Source: a virus (taxonomy: Duplodnaviria; Caudoviricetes). From it: a stretch of DNA of 29,018 bases. The stretch lies in IMG/VR virus record IMGVR_UViG_3300025889_000684, positions 1-29,018 of that record. One strand, 5' to 3'. The first letter of the stretch is position 1, and each line of letters opens with the position of its first letter. The position numbers were made by a program, and so were the translations under genes. The notes below the pieces were generated by a model. It saw nothing but the letters and a program-made list of their open reading frames with translations, did not search any database and was not told the DNA's origin. Positions 1 to 7,870 of the stretch are shown piece after piece.

Positions 1-1082
1 TCAACAGCATTAGAACCACTATTACCAGCTACTGTAATTGTAGAGTTAGTTAATGATGAGTTACCAATGTTTGATAAAGTGTTTGAAGCACCACTTATTG
101 TTTTGTTTGTAAGTGTTTGAGTACCAGAGTTTGTTGTAACTGTATTGTCAATAGCAAATGTAACGCTATCACCAGAAACAGTTGAACTAATACCTGTTCC
201 ACCTAAGAATTGTAATGTATCTGATTCAGTAATTGTAGATGTTGTTGAACTATCATCAGCAATTGTGATGGTAGTCATTTGGTTAGCAACTTGACTATCT
301 ACGTAAGCTTTAATCGCTTTCGCAGATGCAAGTGTATCATCACTTGCTGATACTGAAGCTAAATCAGTATCTAAAACACCAGAAGCAAAATCAGCAACTT
401 CTATGTTTGATATTGAGTTACCTGTACCATTAGCGTCAAAAGTTTTGTTTGTTAAAGTATGAGTTGATGAGTTAGTTAAAACTGAACTATCAATCGCAAT
501 AGAAATTTGGTCATTACTTACAGTAGTATCAATACCAGTGCCACCAGCGAATGTCAACGTGTCGCCAGTTGTAAATGTATCGTCTGAACCACTATCAGCA
601 GCAATTATAAATGAACCTGATGGAATAGCAGCAAAACTTAAAACACCAGAACCGTCAGTTGTTAAAAACTGACCATTACTAAAACTACCTGGTAAAGTAT
701 ATGTAATATCTGAAGTAACACTGTTAGGTGCTTTTAAGGCAACAAAATGAGCACCGTTATTAGTTCCTTCATTAAATTTAATTGTTCCACCAACTGTTGT
801 AGAATTACCTACATTAAGTGTATCAATTGCGTTATTTGAATCTGTTATTATTGCCGATGAAGCTGTTAGTGTGCCAATTGCATGATCTAATTTGTCTGTA
901 AAATACTTACCACCAATTACATCTATATTGGCTGCTTCGCCGTCTGTTTCTACACCTGTTCCTATAAAAAGTTGTTCACCAAAACTACCACCTGTACCGT
1001 ATGAATACGCTAGTTCTCCTTGGGCGAGTGCTGAGGGTTTACTATTTCCAGAGGATCGTTTTATCTGAATAATTGTTGCCAT
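1..1082 (-). CDS. Tail fibre-like virion protein, 3'-truncated by the window edge (absent from the ORF track)
   Basis: Hand translation from ATG at 1082 is open for 360 codons to the edge: MATIIQIKRSSGNSKPSALAQGELAYSYG...VALKAPNSVTSDITYTLP...GQFLTTDGSGVLSF...GDTLTFAGGTGIDT...LTNKT...SAKAIKAYVDSQ. The IQIKR..GELA N-terminus, LTNKT repeats and KAYVD motif are typical of phage fibres. AAGGA SD upstream. Confidence 0.85.
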   Translation of the reverse strand, partial: MATIIQIKRSSGNSKPSALAQGELAYSYGTGGSFGEQLFIGTGVETDGEAANIDVIGGKYFTDKLDHAIGTLTASSAIITDSNNAIDTLNVGNSTTVGGTIKFNEGTNNGAHFVALKAPNSVTSDITYTLPGSFSNGQFLTTDGSGVLSFAAIPSGSFIIAADSGSDDTFTTGDTLTFAGGTGIDTTVSNDQISIAIDSSVLTNSSTHTLTNKTFDANGTGNSISNIEVADFASGVLDTDLASVSASDDTLASAKAIKAYVDSQVANQMTTITIADDSSTTSTITESDTLQFLGGTGISSTVSGDSVTFAIDNTVTTNSGTQTLTNKTISGASNTLSNIGNSSLTNSTITVAGNSGSNAV

Positions 1083-1094
1083 TTGTTAATTCCT

Positions 1095-1331
1095 TTAAAA
1101 GTTGCCGCCGCTTAGTTTTAATGTTCCTGTGGCAGTATCTATTGTTGTTTTTGTTATAAATTTATCTGTAGCAGAGTCATATTGAATTAAGGCACCATCT
1201 TCTAAAGATGTGGCATTCACGTCATTTAACGATTTAAAAGTAGAAGAAGTACCGGCGCTAGGTACTGTAACAGAAACCTGTCTAGGACCTGAAGAATTAT
1301 TAGAATTTATTTGCGCTCTAATTATAGCCAT
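1095..1331 (-). CDS. Small virion/fibre-associated protein (78 aa)
   Basis: LNDVNATSLEDGALIQYDSATDKF resembles the L-x-D-V..G..L.Y fibre repeat, and it ends in LSGGNF. Late promoter and GA-rich SD upstream. Confidence 0.65.
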   Translation of the reverse strand: MAIIRAQINSNNSSGPRQVSVTVPSAGTSSTFKSLNDVNATSLEDGALIQYDSATDKFITKTTIDTATGTLKLSGGNF

Positions 1332-1354
1332 TACTCTCTCTCTTTTATAATGTA

Positions 1355-1362
1355 TATTTATA
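1355..1362 (-). promoter_or_regulatory. T4-type late promoter TATAAATA
   Basis: Exact consensus (plus strand tatttata), intergenic, about 24 nt upstream of the ATG at 1331. Confidence 0.75.
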
Positions 1363-1380
1363 ATTACTATTTATTAAAGA

Positions 1381-1725
1381 TTAAACGGTAACTGATGGAC
1401 TAACTGTAATAATTCCTTCAATAACTCTAGTGACTGTACTATCAGAAGTCTTTAATATCTCAACATCATAGACATATCTAGCGGGAGCTTCAAGTGTGTT
1501 AGTTTGATCTGCTGTTAGTTTAAGAGTTACTACACCCTTTGTCGCATCTGCGGAGATAGTGGTTGTAAAAGACATTCTTGTACGAGTGCTCGTATAGCCT
1601 TGAGCCAGTTTAGCACTCGCAGTATAACCTGTTAAATCAAAGGCATTTCCGTCACTTCCAGTAACGGTTATATCGCTTGAAAAGGTTGCTCCTTTATCAA
1701 TCCTTAGATTCGCTGTTGCTGCCAT
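1381..1725 (-). CDS. Conserved small virion structural protein (BppU N-terminal-like beta-sandwich)
   Basis: ANLRIDKGATFS..FDLTGYTASA..GVVTLKLTADQT..RYVYDVEI..TRVIEG pattern, which I recognise as a family common in T4-like marine phages. Confidence 0.7.
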   Translation of the reverse strand: MAATANLRIDKGATFSSDITVTGSDGNAFDLTGYTASAKLAQGYTSTRTRMSFTTTISADATKGVVTLKLTADQTNTLEAPARYVYDVEILKTSDSTVTRVIEGIITVSPSVTV

Positions 1726-1930
1726 CTTTTTCTTCTAATCCCTTTTTAATCTTTTCGTTATAGTAATTAGTCAATACTTCAATCTTTTCTATTTCAATCA
1801 AGTGTCTTACTTTAGATTGTTGTATTTCTTGTCTAGCAACAATTGTGTTTCTTACATCTAATGGTAATTCACTTATAATATAGTCTTTACCATCAATTGT
1901 TAATTTATCTTGTTTTACTTGTTCAGTCAT
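1697..1930 (-). CDS. Hypothetical protein (77 aa; beta-hairpin plus coiled coil, DUF6447-like)
   Basis: LTIDGKDYIISELP followed by an amphipathic helix; GAGG SD; own late promoter. The family name is tentative. Confidence 0.6.
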   Translation of the reverse strand: MTEQVKQDKLTIDGKDYIISELPLDVRNTIVARQEIQQSKVRHLIEIEKIEVLTNYYNEKIKKGLEEKDGSNSESKD

Positions 1931-1948
1931 AATATCCTCACTTTGTTA

Positions 1949-1956
1949 TATTTATA
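1949..1956 (-). promoter_or_regulatory. T4-type late promoter TATAAATA
   Basis: Exact consensus immediately after the stop of 1957..2613 and 18 nt upstream of the ATG at 1930. Confidence 0.75.
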
Positions 1957-2613
1957 CTACTTTACAAACGCAGGAACACCTAATAATGGCCTTCCGTCAA
2001 ATTTATTTTTCTCAGCAAATGGTCCATTTAAATGATTATAATGTAGAAATACTTGAGCACACATATTACCCATAAACTCATCTCTCCAATGTTCTAACTC
2101 ACAACCACTATAAACTAACATATCACCAGGTTCTAAATCTACTCTATTTACTGCTGGTGCGGTAGGTTTGTGTATATTTTTATATTCATCTATAACATTA
2201 TTAGAACCAGTTGGATCAATAAAAATAGGCCACATATCGCCACCTAAATTAAGTGTTGTAGATATTTCACAACTTGGTCTATCTTTATGTCTTTTTAAAA
2301 TAGAACCTCTTTCATACACTCTTGTATATGAATAAGTTGGTATTAAGTCTAAACCTGTTTGTTGTTTCATCACAGGTAATACTTTCATTAATAAAGTTTC
2401 CATAACAGGATCAGCATAGTGAGAATACACATTGGGTACTTGTTGATCTCTCCAAGTTCCCCACATACCAGTATCAGCGATTATATTGTTTTTGTACATA
2501 AATCCTGCGGCATCTCTTTTTAATAAAAGATAGTTTAGACAAAAATTTGCTAATTCATAAGGAATAGCATTTTTGATTACTTGATATTTTTTTTGTTTAA
2601 ATTCTTCGTTCAT
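1957..2613 (-). CDS. 2OG-Fe(II) dioxygenase
   Basis: YSYTRVY..LKRHKDRPSCEISTTL (HxD), LEPGDMLVYSGCELEHWR (distal His), QVFLHY. Confidence 0.8.
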   Translation of the reverse strand: MNEEFKQKKYQVIKNAIPYELANFCLNYLLLKRDAAGFMYKNNIIADTGMWGTWRDQQVPNVYSHYADPVMETLLMKVLPVMKQQTGLDLIPTYSYTRVYERGSILKRHKDRPSCEISTTLNLGGDMWPIFIDPTGSNNVIDEYKNIHKPTAPAVNRVDLEPGDMLVYSGCELEHWRDEFMGNMCAQVFLHYNHLNGPFAEKNKFDGRPLLGVPAFVK

Positions 2614-3194
2614 TATTTAAATCCTTGTTGTATAAAATTAAAACTTACTGATATCCTTATATCATCTGATTGGTTAGGCTCAACACTATGCCACAACCAA
2701 GATGGAAACATTATAATACGTCCTGGAAATGGATCGAAGTTTACATCTCTCCATAAATGCTTAGGAGGTTGACCTTGTTTTCGATTAGGCATTACTATTT
2801 GTGCTCCTGGTCTTGGGTCATATATCTTTAATCTTCCTGCTTGTGGGTTTGATTTAACATAGTACACACCTGAAAATAATGAGTTTGGATGTATGTGAGG
2901 TTGATTCATTCCATCTTTAGGATTTATGTTAGCCCACATATTACCAAGTACAGGTTCTTTATCCAACCATTCTTCATCAAATACTTCTTTACACATAATT
3001 ACTAGCTCGTTAACCAAAGGTTGATACTCTGGTTTTTGTGACATATTGGTTGTAGAGTGCCAACCTTTGTAATTTGTTTTCTGTAATCCTTGATCTTGAT
3101 TAGACCACTTGACTATGTCTTGTGCTAATTTATCATTATCTAATTTTATGTCTTTACCAAAAACACTGGTAGGAAAAAATTCTTCTCTAATCAT
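2613..3194 (-). CDS. 2OG-Fe(II) dioxygenase, TIGR02466-like
   Basis: FPT N-terminus; WANIN..NQPHIHPNSLFSGVYYV (HxH), DPRP, FPSWLWHSVEPN..RISVSFN. Confidence 0.88.
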   Translation of the reverse strand: MIREEFFPTSVFGKDIKLDNDKLAQDIVKWSNQDQGLQKTNYKGWHSTTNMSQKPEYQPLVNELVIMCKEVFDEEWLDKEPVLGNMWANINPKDGMNQPHIHPNSLFSGVYYVKSNPQAGRLKIYDPRPGAQIVMPNRKQGQPPKHLWRDVNFDPFPGRIIMFPSWLWHSVEPNQSDDIRISVSFNFIQQGFK

Positions 3195-3793
3195 CTAAAT
3201 GGTTTACCTCCAAACCAACAAACTAAAGATTGTCTCATACCTTTAGTTACAGGATTAACTCTATGATTTAAAAATGATGCAAATATAATAGCGTGACCTT
3301 GTTTTAGTTTCGCATAGTTACCTGGCGCCATTAGTTCTAAATCCCCACCTTCAAACTCTGATGGATCATTGAGTAATAATGTCATTGATATTTTTCTTAC
3401 TGGTGGCTCGTGTGCCATAGTGACATCACAGTCCATATGCCAATCATAGAAACCACCTTCTGGATATTCTGTAAATTGTGCGTTTTCTGTTACTCTTATG
3501 TCACCAAATCCAAAATGATTTTCATTGGCTGCTTGTATAAAGTTATGTAAATCTCTATACATATGTGGCATTTCTTTAAAAGGTATCCAAGTAATTGTTG
3601 TTACTCTTTTTTTGGTATCAGTTCCACCACCTAGTTTACCCTTACTAATTTGTGCTTGTTGTGGTTTCTGTGCTCTACCTGATTCAATAATTTGTCTGCA
3701 TTGATCTGGTGTAAATAAAGGTGTTGTTGTTTGTACTATCCAACTCTTCCATTTTGGTTCTTTCATATTTACATTTTCATACATTCCACTCAT
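3191..3793 (-). CDS. 2OG-Fe(II) dioxygenase, PKHD/prolyl-4-hydroxylase-like
   Basis: QFTEY..GFYDWHMD, RKISMTLLLNDPSEFEGGDL, HRVNPVTKGMRQSLVCW. GAGGAG SD and TAATG coupling to the upstream gene. Confidence 0.88.
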   Translation of the reverse strand: MSGMYENVNMKEPKWKSWIVQTTTPLFTPDQCRQIIESGRAQKPQQAQISKGKLGGGTDTKKRVTTITWIPFKEMPHMYRDLHNFIQAANENHFGFGDIRVTENAQFTEYPEGGFYDWHMDCDVTMAHEPPVRKISMTLLLNDPSEFEGGDLELMAPGNYAKLKQGHAIIFASFLNHRVNPVTKGMRQSLVCWFGGKPFR

Positions 3794-4452
3794 TATATTG
3801 CTCCTCTGTTATCAATTGGGTTATACTGAACATCACAGTTTGCGGCTAATGTTCTTCTAACTTCGTTTGTTCCGTTAAATGGATATACACAATGTCGCAT
3901 ATCGTACGGAAAAATATAAAAATCTCTTTCTTTAATTTTTGGTTGATAATCTACTTTTGAAAATTGACCAGAGGCTGAACCAAGTATTTGTAGTTTACCA
4001 TTTTGAGGTTGTTGTTCTGCTGAATATTCTTTACCATAGGTACTTGGTAGTTTTAATATCATTACTGAAGATAAACCAGTAAACATTGTACCTTGGTGAA
4101 CGTGTACAGGATTATATTCGTGTTGTTTCATTTCATTGATCCAAATACTATTTAAATGACAATGTGGATTTCTTATTTTATTCCAAGTTAAATAATGTTG
4201 AAACACACTCATAAACCATTGTTGTACATTTAATGGTATTAAACTATGACGGTGCATTTTAGATGTATCTTCACCATCGTAATAGATTGAGTGTTCGTTT
4301 TCAATCTTACCGACAAGTTGTCTATTTGCTGGCGCTAGTTGTTTAAAGTTTGCTTCGTAAATAGCATTGATTGTATGAAATATCTCTAGTGGTACTTCAT
4401 ATCTCAAAACAGATTGTCCTAAAAAGATAAAGCTAAATTTTATATCATTCAT
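3793..4452 (-). CDS. 2OG-Fe(II) dioxygenase, divergent TIGR02466-like
   Basis: WINEMKQHEYNPVHVH, LSSVMILKLP, FPYDMRHCVYPF..RRTLAAN. Confidence 0.82.
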   Translation of the reverse strand: MNDIKFSFIFLGQSVLRYEVPLEIFHTINAIYEANFKQLAPANRQLVGKIENEHSIYYDGEDTSKMHRHSLIPLNVQQWFMSVFQHYLTWNKIRNPHCHLNSIWINEMKQHEYNPVHVHQGTMFTGLSSVMILKLPSTYGKEYSAEQQPQNGKLQILGSASGQFSKVDYQPKIKERDFYIFPYDMRHCVYPFNGTNEVRRTLAANCDVQYNPIDNRGAI

Positions 4453-4453
4453 A

Positions 4454-5233
4454 TCAAAATCTTATATGTCCATACTTATCAATGATACGCTGAGGTATCA
4501 TAGAACGATATGGATTATCCTCTTTATATATTCCATTTGTTCTAATTGTGTGCATATTATTACCCACAATCTTATCATCATAACTTCTATTATTTACTTG
4601 TAGTTGAGATAAATTATTAAAGTTATGTTCAAAATAAGGTATCTCTAAAAAGTTATATATTTTATTTAGTTGGGTTCTAGGATCGGCAATCAAGTCATCA
4701 TATTTTACAAAACAAGCCATATGTTTATTTTCAGGTTGTAGTAAATTTTTAATTGCTTCTAAATCTTTTGCGATGGCGCCATCTTTATTCATTAACATAC
4801 CTAATTTTTCATCATCTGTTTTACAACCATATCTATTGACAAATGAACTAGGATTGTTCTTATACCACTTCATATAAGACGCTAGAACGTCTAAAACATC
4901 TCTTAACAGTACAATACACTTAATCGGTTGATTAAAATGTTTTTTCATTAACTTAAGATTACCTGGTGCAGATACAGGTCCTCTATCTATAATGTACTTG
5001 TAATTCCAGTCTTTGTAGTAATTATCATAGACACTATCTAATACATTGTCTAAAGATTTTTCGTCAGGATAGTTTTGAAAGACATCAGTTTGTTTTAATA
5101 AAAACAAATCTTTCATTACTTCTAATGTGATTGAATTGGCGGTCACGCCTATGTCTGGATTTTGATTCATTAAAGAACCAAAGAGTGTGTTGCCTGAACG
5201 AGGCATCGCCACTAACCAAAATAATTTTTTCAT
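4454..5233 (-). CDS. Sulfotransferase family protein
   Basis: 5'-PSB loop MPRSGNTL, 3'-PB motif R-x7-S (RDVLDVLAS), VKYDDLIADP...IYNFLEI; GGAG SD. Confidence 0.85.
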   Translation of the reverse strand: MKKLFWLVAMPRSGNTLFGSLMNQNPDIGVTANSITLEVMKDLFLLKQTDVFQNYPDEKSLDNVLDSVYDNYYKDWNYKYIIDRGPVSAPGNLKLMKKHFNQPIKCIVLLRDVLDVLASYMKWYKNNPSSFVNRYGCKTDDEKLGMLMNKDGAIAKDLEAIKNLLQPENKHMACFVKYDDLIADPRTQLNKIYNFLEIPYFEHNFNNLSQLQVNNRSYDDKIVGNNMHTIRTNGIYKEDNPYRSMIPQRIIDKYGHIRF

Positions 5234-5269
5234 TTACGCTCCTGTACATTAAATAACATATTATAATTT

Positions 5270-5277
5270 TATTTATA
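5270..5277 (-). promoter_or_regulatory. T4-type late promoter for the sulfotransferase-dioxygenase operon
   Basis: Exact TATAAATA in the intergenic gap, 36 nt upstream of the ATG at 5233. Confidence 0.72.
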
Positions 5278-5343
5278 CAACATCTATAACCTTAGTTACT
5301 AAATCAACATAAGTGTTAAATAGTGTTATATTATACTTGTATA

Positions 5344-6264
5344 TTATTTATTTTTTAATACCCAACCTTGAGTATTATCATAAAATACCAATGTAAATCC
5401 TGCTCTTTCTACTGATACGGTTAAATTGGATGCAGCACCAGCTATTGGCTTTCCATTTCTATCTACTGTTAAACTATTCGTATCAAAAGTACCTGCAACA
5501 TCAATGATACTTATTTCATCACCAATTGTCGGTGACGCAGGTAATTGTAATGTGTGAGCAAAAGATGTCGTATCAATAAAATATCCTTCTCCAGCGGCTG
5601 CAGCAGTTACAGTTGAACCATCTGCAACAACTCCCGTTTGCCAATCGGTACCAGCTGATATTGTTCCGCTATTTCCTAAGGAAATTGATGTACCATTAAT
5701 AGTAATAAATGAATTTGTTAAACTTGAATTAGCAATATTAGATAGTGTGTTTGAAGAACCACTAATTGTTTTATTCTGTAGCACATCAGAACTTGTGGCA
5801 GTTATATAAGAACCTAAATCAGAAATGTCTGCCTCAACAACTGTGATTGTGTTGTTTGCAGTATCTATTGTTTTATTTTGTAAAACTTGTGAATCAGTTA
5901 AAGTGACAACTGTATTATCAATAGCAATTGAAAGAGTATCAGTAGCAACTCCTGTTGTTGAAATACCTGTACCACCAGTAACAGTAAGAGTATCTCCACT
6001 AGAAATTGTTTGATTTGATCCACCATCTCCAGATAACGTAAATGAACCACCAGCATTTCCAGCTTCAAATTTTGATGAAAATGAATTGTAAACTAAAGTT
6101 TGACCGTTTGTAACTCCTGTTAGATCAAATGCTAAATCTGAACCATCTCCTAAAGTAGTATAAACTTCATTAAAGTTATCATTAATAATGTCACCACCTA
6201 CACGTAAATTACTACCCGTACCGTCATTAGGAGTTGTTCCTAGATCAATAGATTGTTTAGCCAT
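5344..6264 (-). CDS. gp9/gp10-like baseplate tail-fibre connector with internal fibre repeats
   Basis: N-terminal MAKQSIDLGTTPNDGTGSNLRVGGDIINDNFNEVY matches the T4 gp9/gp10 N-terminal motif. C-terminal GYFIDT..LQLPASPTIGDEISIID..LVF..GW resembles the gp9 C-terminal domain. LQNKT repeats lie between. Confidence 0.8.
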   Translation of the reverse strand: MAKQSIDLGTTPNDGTGSNLRVGGDIINDNFNEVYTTLGDGSDLAFDLTGVTNGQTLVYNSFSSKFEAGNAGGSFTLSGDGGSNQTISSGDTLTVTGGTGISTTGVATDTLSIAIDNTVVTLTDSQVLQNKTIDTANNTITVVEADISDLGSYITATSSDVLQNKTISGSSNTLSNIANSSLTNSFITINGTSISLGNSGTISAGTDWQTGVVADGSTVTAAAAGEGYFIDTTSFAHTLQLPASPTIGDEISIIDVAGTFDTNSLTVDRNGKPIAGAASNLTVSVERAGFTLVFYDNTQGWVLKNK

Positions 6265-6400
6265 TTTTTACTTTATTTTCCTTAGATAATTTTTTTTGAG
6301 AGATTAATTTACCATCTTTTATAATATATCTTTGTTCTTCAACTCTTACTAGTCTATTGTCAGATGTTATTATTAACTTCTCTTTTTTATTTATATTCAT
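6257..6400 (-). CDS. Possible 47-aa basic small protein (below the ORF-track cutoff)
   Basis: MNINKKEKLIITSDNRLVRVEEQRYIIKDGKLISQKKLSKENKVKNG*. It fills the gap between the late promoter at 6422-6429 and the gp9-like gene, whose start it overlaps by 8 nt. No clear SD. Confidence 0.45.
   Translation of the reverse strand: MNINKKEKLIITSDNRLVRVEEQRYIIKDGKLISQKKLSKENKVKNG
6388..6395 (-). promoter_or_regulatory. Second T4-type late promoter TATAAATA upstream of the gp9-like gene
   Basis: Exact consensus, but inside the putative 47-aa ORF, so it could be a chance match. Confidence 0.45.
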
Positions 6401-6421
6401 ATAGATTAATGATTATAATTA

Positions 6422-6440
6422 TATTTATACGATATAAATA
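6422..6440. promoter_or_regulatory. Inverted pair of late promoters TATTTATA-CGA-TATAAATA
   Basis: Exact consensus on minus (6422-6429) and plus (6433-6440), located at the strand switch between divergent genes. Confidence 0.8.
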
Positions 6441-6445
6441 AGTCT

Positions 6446-6904
6446 ATGAAACCTTTGATACATTTAAATTACCCCATTAATAGAGATATTTTACTACTAG
6501 AATCTGACAAAGCAAGAGAAAATGCAAAGCCTTGGGAAGGTGGCCACAACTATCATTTTGATGAATGGTTAGTATCTCATCATACAAGTGATTATATTAA
6601 AAAGATTATGTTTGATCTCAACATAGTAGGCAAACCTCGTTTCTTCTTTCAACAATCTAACTGGCAACTTGGCAAACACAAAGACTTTGGTACTCAATGT
6701 GCTGTAAATATTATACTATCAGATGACGCAACACCTATCAATATAGAGGGCAAAGATTATTTCTATAAACAGGCACTTATCAATTTACAAAAAGAACATT
6801 CTGTAAAAACTGATAATAAAGAAAGAATACTTTTAAAGTTTTCTATACCTGATAAACCATTTGAACAAGTTGCAAAAGAAATCAAATATGTTGTTACATC
6901 TTAA
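6446..6904 (+). CDS. Minimal 2OG-Fe(II) dioxygenase-like protein, paralog 1
   Basis: KPRFF..LGKHKD..CAVNIIL..ALINLQKEHSV..ERILLKFS gives HxD...H...R on a beta-rich core. Confidence 0.7.
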   Translation: MKPLIHLNYPINRDILLLESDKARENAKPWEGGHNYHFDEWLVSHHTSDYIKKIMFDLNIVGKPRFFFQQSNWQLGKHKDFGTQCAVNIILSDDATPINIEGKDYFYKQALINLQKEHSVKTDNKERILLKFSIPDKPFEQVAKEIKYVVTS

Positions 6905-7430
6905 TTATCAAATAGATAAAGAAAAATATAAAAAAGCATTTTATGAAAATTACGACAAAGGGGATTATCATAGAAAAGGTGATAAAGTATTAAAGACTTG
7001 GTATAAAGTTTTTGGTATTACTGAAATAGTTAGACCTGTAACAAAAGATTTAGGTATTGAAAACTTAAATATCAAACCTAGATTTTCATATCAATTTGAA
7101 AACTCTACTTTAATTAATCATATTGATATTGATAGAGTAGTTGGTATTAATTTAAATCTATTTGACGAATCACCTGAAATCATAGTAGAGGGTAAAACAT
7201 ACACATATGAAGCCGCTATGATTGATGTAGGTTCTAAAGTACATAGTGTTATTACAAAAGAAAAACCTAGACTTGTTTTAAAGTATGCAATAAGGAATAA
7301 ATGGGAAGATATATATAATATACTAGATAAAAAAGGATTAATAGATCACGCAAAAACTTATTTTGATAATCCTAATTATATGATGTATGAATCTATATTA
7401 AAAGATTGTGATAAACAATTTGTAAAATGA
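6888..7430 (+). CDS. Minimal 2OG-Fe(II) dioxygenase-like protein, paralog 2 (start moved from 6861 to ATG 6888)
   Basis: MLLHLNYQID aligns with paralog 1 LIHLNYPIN; KPRFSY..LINHID..GINLNL..AMIDVGSKVHSV..PRLVLKYA. Confidence 0.7.
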   Translation: MLLHLNYQIDKEKYKKAFYENYDKGDYHRKGDKVLKTWYKVFGITEIVRPVTKDLGIENLNIKPRFSYQFENSTLINHIDIDRVVGINLNLFDESPEIIVEGKTYTYEAAMIDVGSKVHSVITKEKPRLVLKYAIRNKWEDIYNILDKKGLIDHAKTYFDNPNYMMYESILKDCDKQFVK

Positions 7431-7870
7431 GTAATAAAATTTTTCATTATAAACATAATCATCAAACAGAATTATTATTAAAAGAATTTAAAGATTCTAA
7501 TCCACAAGAATTTATGAAAGAAATGGGTAAATGGAGAAGATCATTTAAAGTAGGTTCTTATGGTGAATTTTTAAAACATCATTATTCTTTTAAAGTCAAT
7601 GGTAAAGTAGGCGTTGGATATTATCATCAACTTTCTGGTGAAGAAGTAAATCCACATAAAGATGAAAGATGTTTATGTAGAATTAATATTAAATTAAGTA
7701 AAGATGATACAAATGTTGTAATAGACGGTGAAAAATTTAAATATGATTGTGCTTTATTAAATGTTAGTAAATATGAACATTATGTTGAAAAATGTAAAAC
7801 TGATAGAATACTTTTTAGTATTATGTTTGTTGATAAAGACTTTGAAACAGTAAAAGATTTTATAAAATGA
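7427..7870 (+). CDS. Minimal 2OG-Fe(II) dioxygenase-like protein, paralog 3
   Basis: VNPHKD..CRINIKL..IDGEKFKYDCALLNVSKYEHYV..DRILFSI; ATGA overlaps at both ends. Confidence 0.7.
   Translation: MSNKIFHYKHNHQTELLLKEFKDSNPQEFMKEMGKWRRSFKVGSYGEFLKHHYSFKVNGKVGVGYYHQLSGEEVNPHKDERCLCRINIKLSKDDTNVVIDGEKFKYDCALLNVSKYEHYVEKCKTDRILFSIMFVDKDFETVKDFIK

Larger units (their letters stand above)
57..5775 (+). repeat. Dispersed direct repeat: 57-107 versus 5725-5775, in two fibre-type genes
   Basis: Hand alignment gives 42/51 nt identical, encoding NKTISG[AS]SNTLSNI[GA]NS in both genes. Confidence 0.7.

Noticed and set aside
1334-1343. (CT)5 microsatellite
   Set aside because: Reads as a GA-rich ribosome-binding region on the minus strand; too short to argue for phase variation.
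5274-5343. Nested short inverted repeats (tatacaa/ttgtata, tataac/gttata, ttagt/actaa) suggesting a structured RNA or terminator
   Set aside because: The stems are short and almost all A/T; not distinguishable from chance without covariation data.
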